Virus record (IMG/VR): IMGVR_UViG_3300033067_001889
Coordinates: 1 to 29,004 of that record
Strand: one strand, 5' to 3'
DNA: 29,004 bases
DNA from: a virus
Lineage: Duplodnaviria; Caudoviricetes
Positions 25,225-29,004 of the stretch are shown here, piece by piece. The notes beneath the pieces were generated by a model. It was not told where the DNA came from, did no database searches, and worked only from the letters and a program-made list of their open reading frames with translations. Positions within the stretch are counted from its first letter, which is position 1; every line of letters begins with the position of its first letter. The position numbers and the translations under genes were made by a program.

Positions 25225-26250
25225 ATGTGGGATATAAGACAAAGATTAATTGACTTAGAACAAAAAATAGCATGTATAGAAGGTAACTTTGAACAAGAAG
25301 CTGGATCTATGCAGGATATAATTGCTCCAGGTCATAAGATAGGAAAGTATATAAATGGTGCAGGAGTTGAAAAAAACTTTTATGAAACTATTACAGGACT
25401 TACCTTTAATCCTGAAACAAACTTTTTAAGTTATACACAAGAAGATGGTACAATACAAAGTATTGATTTAAATGCTTTTACTAATAGTTATATAATTACA
25501 AGTGGTAGTGTTGTAGGTAACTCTATTGTGTTTCTAACTGATACAGAAGAAACTATAACTGTAGATATCTCTGATTTACTTGAGCTTCCTGTTTGTGAAT
25601 TAAGTTTAGATACAAATACTAATACACTTACATTTATAGATGAAACAGGACAAAGTTTTCCTATTAATTTAGGAAAATATAATATAGCTTCTGCAGTATT
25701 AAGTGATGGTATAGCTACTTTTACAAAAAGTAATGGAGCTACTTTTACCTTAGATTTAACTCCCTTAGTTAATAATATACCTACACTTACAAATTTACTT
25801 GTTACAGGGCATATTATAGGAACTTATGATAATGATATAGGACAAACTTTTACAATAAAAGAAACTATAACTACTTTAGAGGATAATGGAGATGGTACCT
25901 TTACATATGTAAATGAGAATGGCGGAACTACTCTAATGAACACTAATCCTAATTATACTATAGGAGTTAATCAGGTTGATGAGGATCCTAACACTAATGG
26001 TGAGGGAGGAGCAGACCCAAAGGAAGGAGATATTTACTTATCAGTAAGTGAGCAACTTTGGTTCTATAGTGAGACTTTAGATCATTGGTATCAGGGAGGT
26101 GGTTCAGGAGAAAATGGTGTTCCCCCAATATATGATAGTCTTGCTGAGGCATATGCAAGTTTAGGACCTGGAGAGAGATTTATGTATTCAATAACAAACA
26201 TAGATGGAGCTGTAGCTTATTCACAAGCTTGGACTCCTATTATTACTTAA
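25225..26250 (+). CDS. tail fibre protein with repeated beta units
   Basis: Two GH.IG.Y.N..G.....ETIT.L units, repeated G....IDL turns, C-terminal P.YDS module. Confidence 0.75.
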   Translation: MWDIRQRLIDLEQKIACIEGNFEQEAGSMQDIIAPGHKIGKYINGAGVEKNFYETITGLTFNPETNFLSYTQEDGTIQSIDLNAFTNSYIITSGSVVGNSIVFLTDTEETITVDISDLLELPVCELSLDTNTNTLTFIDETGQSFPINLGKYNIASAVLSDGIATFTKSNGATFTLDLTPLVNNIPTLTNLLVTGHIIGTYDNDIGQTFTIKETITTLEDNGDGTFTYVNENGGTTLMNTNPNYTIGVNQVDEDPNTNGEGGADPKEGDIYLSVSEQLWFYSETLDHWYQGGGSGENGVPPIYDSLAEAYASLGPGERFMYSITNIDGAVAYSQAWTPIIT

Positions 26251-26269
26251 TAACAAAAAAATAAAAAAA

Positions 26270-27055
26270 ATGGCAAGTAATTATTTATATTCACATGGAG
26301 TTACTACAGTATCAGCAAAACCTGATCCAACTTTTAGACCTGGTGCAGGTCAAGCAAGATTAGCAAGATTAGCTAATACTTTTGAATATTATTACTTTCC
26401 AGGTGATACTATTACAGGAGTATGGAATACTTTAAACTTAGATTTTGATGCAAATTATAATCATGCAAGTATTTTAGCAACAGCAGGAAATAATCCTACT
26501 GATATATCTCTTGTTATACAAGATATACTCAATGCTTTATATGGTGTAATGGGTATAGCATTAGATGGTAATGAAAGTGTATTAGTTAGAGCAGTAGCTT
26601 TTCCAGATCCAGCTCCTAATGGTACAGCACCTACAGGTGGTGAAGTTGCTAATCCAATTAATGGAGATACAGCAACTATACATTATAATAATAATATTTT
26701 TTCAAGATGGGTATATGCAAGTAATACTTGGAACTTTATTACATCAATAAATTATAATGATTATTTATCAACTGTAAGTGATTCAACTACAATTAACTTT
26801 ACTGTTACAGGTAGTGATCTTACTGGTGTAGTAATATCAGATCCAACAGGAGGAACTAATGCTTTCTATCCAGTATCTGGTGGTAGTGGTGTAAAAGTTG
26901 TATCAGCTGCTTTACCTACTTATGATAGTCATCAGTTAGCAATAGATGGTGGTTTATTAGATGTTGGTGATTATTATTGTTTAACTATTACTAATATTGA
27001 AGGTGTAGCAAGTAATGGTAGAGGACCAATATTTAGATATACAGGAATAATTTAA
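26270..27055 (+). CDS. tail fibre/decoration protein
   Basis: DS.TINFT..G..LT fibre motif; C-terminal LPTYDS...A..GG.L..GDYY module. Confidence 0.7.
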   Translation: MASNYLYSHGVTTVSAKPDPTFRPGAGQARLARLANTFEYYYFPGDTITGVWNTLNLDFDANYNHASILATAGNNPTDISLVIQDILNALYGVMGIALDGNESVLVRAVAFPDPAPNGTAPTGGEVANPINGDTATIHYNNNIFSRWVYASNTWNFITSINYNDYLSTVSDSTTINFTVTGSDLTGVVISDPTGGTNAFYPVSGGSGVKVVSAALPTYDSHQLAIDGGLLDVGDYYCLTITNIEGVASNGRGPIFRYTGII

Positions 27056-27057
27056 TT

Positions 27058-28971
27058 ATGGCAATAGTAGGAAATTCAGATATAATTGTATTACCTAATG
27101 CATTAGCAAATCCTAATGATATTGAGTATGCTGTTATTCAGGATACTCAGAAACAATTACTGGCAGTAAATGAAGGTAGTACCAATTTATGGATTTTTAA
27201 TACTGATACTAATCTATGGGTAAATATAAGTTCTTCTACTGAGAATGTAGGAGGAGAACAGGAAGTATATGATGATGAAGCTGAATCTTCTTATAGAGAT
27301 GTAAGAACTTTTAATACCAGAGATAGTAGTATGAGAATATTACAGAGAGAAAATACTCTGGATTTTAGAGCTGTAGGACATTCTTTAAATGATTTTAAAA
27401 TAGCAGATGATATTTTTCTTAAACCAGCTGTTATAAGAAATCAAGAAGTTTCTTCTAAAACTGTTGGAACTAAAATAAAAGTTTTAACATTAAATGGAAA
27501 TAAAATAACAACAGATTTACCTTTAGATAAAAATCTTGATTTTAATCCTACAAAAGAAGGATATAATTGGATAATAAGACTTGATAAAGAGTTAGTTTTA
27601 CAAAATGGAAATGTTAATTATAGAGTTGATAAATATAGTAATGGAACTTTTTATATAACTAAACTAAGTGGGGTAGATATTCAAATTAATGATACTATAA
27701 CACTTTGGAATCCTTTTATAAATTATAAATATATACTTCCAAAACTTGATTTAAATTCTTTTGAATTTTTTCTTTCAGGTAGTACTCTTTTTGGTCAAAC
27801 TATTCATAGTATTGAACCAATAGCAACTTTTTTTCATAATGGAAGATATATTATGCTTTTTGTTATGAGAAGAACTCAAAATCCTGTTACTTGGTATTTA
27901 TCATATACAACTTCTTTAAATTTAATTGATTGGACTACTCCTACAAATAGTGATATAATCTATCAAAATACTGCAAATTATTCTACTGTAACTCATTTTT
28001 ATAATAATTTTAGTTTCGATGGGAGTAATTTAAATCATCATATTATTAGTTTTGTCTGTAAAAGTTCACCTCCATATCAAGGTTATATACTTGTTTTAGA
28101 TAGTGATTTAAATCTTATTTATAACTCTTCACTAACTGTTTCAAAATGGATAACTCGTTATAAAACTTTAAAATATAAAGGTAAGATTATTTATATTGGA
28201 TTATCTACTGGAAATAATGGATTAATAAAAGATAGAGGATCAGATTTTTTATTAACAGATGAACCTTTTGATAATTATCAAATAGTAAATCCAACTACTT
28301 TAGTTGTTATAGCAAATCAACCTACTGAGGCTTTTTTAACTAAAAATAATACTTCTTATTCTTTTACAAATTGTTCTATACAAACTCCTGGAGATGAGAC
28401 AACTTGGAGGCAAGGATTTTATTCTTTTCTAAAAGTAAATGACAAATTATCAAGAGTTTTATCAAGAAATATATTTGATATTTTAGATTTTAATGGTTTT
28501 TCTATTGTAGATAATCAATTTAGAAGATGGGATAATAATAATAGTATGCTTATTTCAGGTCAAGTCTTTTTCTCTCATAAAGATAAAATATATTTTTATA
28601 GAAGTGGAAAAGGTAGTCTTGCACCTTATTATAATAAAGCATCAATAGGTATATTTGAATTAAGAGATTACTCTAAAACTACTTTAGAAGAAGTTACTAC
28701 AGATACTTTTGAGATCACTGAAAGTACATATACACAACAGAATCAGACTACTTTATTAGTAAGTGCTAATACTACAATAAACTTAAAACTATCTAAAGAT
28801 TGGCAAGGTAAGGAATTAATAGTGAAAAAGACAGGAAACTTTACTTGTAATATAGTACCTTCAGGTTCAGAAACTATAGATGGAGTTGCTGGTACATATA
28901 ACTTTTTAGGTGATAAAACAAGTATAGCACTAAGAGCTTTAGGTGGAAAAATTATTACATATAATAAATAG
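27058..28971 (+). CDS. tailspike/receptor-binding protein with possible beta-propeller domain
   Basis: FFHNGRYIMLF...SYTTSLNLIDW resembles GH43/GH32-type propeller blades; C-terminal T.NL....GKELIVKK.......I.PSGSETIDG fibre domain. Confidence 0.6.
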   Translation: MAIVGNSDIIVLPNALANPNDIEYAVIQDTQKQLLAVNEGSTNLWIFNTDTNLWVNISSSTENVGGEQEVYDDEAESSYRDVRTFNTRDSSMRILQRENTLDFRAVGHSLNDFKIADDIFLKPAVIRNQEVSSKTVGTKIKVLTLNGNKITTDLPLDKNLDFNPTKEGYNWIIRLDKELVLQNGNVNYRVDKYSNGTFYITKLSGVDIQINDTITLWNPFINYKYILPKLDLNSFEFFLSGSTLFGQTIHSIEPIATFFHNGRYIMLFVMRRTQNPVTWYLSYTTSLNLIDWTTPTNSDIIYQNTANYSTVTHFYNNFSFDGSNLNHHIISFVCKSSPPYQGYILVLDSDLNLIYNSSLTVSKWITRYKTLKYKGKIIYIGLSTGNNGLIKDRGSDFLLTDEPFDNYQIVNPTTLVVIANQPTEAFLTKNNTSYSFTNCSIQTPGDETTWRQGFYSFLKVNDKLSRVLSRNIFDILDFNGFSIVDNQFRRWDNNNSMLISGQVFFSHKDKIYFYRSGKGSLAPYYNKASIGIFELRDYSKTTLEEVTTDTFEITESTYTQQNQTTLLVSANTTINLKLSKDWQGKELIVKKTGNFTCNIVPSGSETIDGVAGTYNFLGDKTSIALRALGGKIITYNK

Positions 28972-29004
28972 ATAGGAGTATATTTAAAAACATAGGAGAA
29001 GGAG

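Noticed and set aside
1-29004. Stop-codon reassignment (TAG or TGA), known in some Crassvirales
   Set aside because: Long genes are intact under code 11; TGA ends MCP and overlap junctions, TAG ends 2894..3274 and 24380..25012, and coding density is high

Overview
AT-rich segment of a crAss-like (Crassvirales-type) podovirus, most likely infecting a Bacteroidota host; standard genetic code 11 fits. Bases 15-3274 hold a minus-strand cluster of small, mostly ORFan, probably early genes, led by an OB-fold/SSB-like gene. Bases 3275-4485 are a 1.2 kb non-coding control region. It contains many hairpins, G-tracts, duplicated A/T tracts, a pair of overlapping divergent Bacteroidota-type promoters and an apparent ~220 nt non-coding transcription unit. 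From 4486 to the end runs a plus-strand packaging/virion module: wHTH, IHF/HU-like, DUF1573-like, M15 endolysin, terminase large subunit, portal, scaffold-like, major capsid protein, ring and auxiliary capsid proteins. A long block of modular fibre/decoration genes follows, containing a SAM-dependent methyltransferase-fold gene, a holin-like gene and a 15-aa basic peptide ORF. All calls come from motif recognition and gene order by eye; no searches were run.
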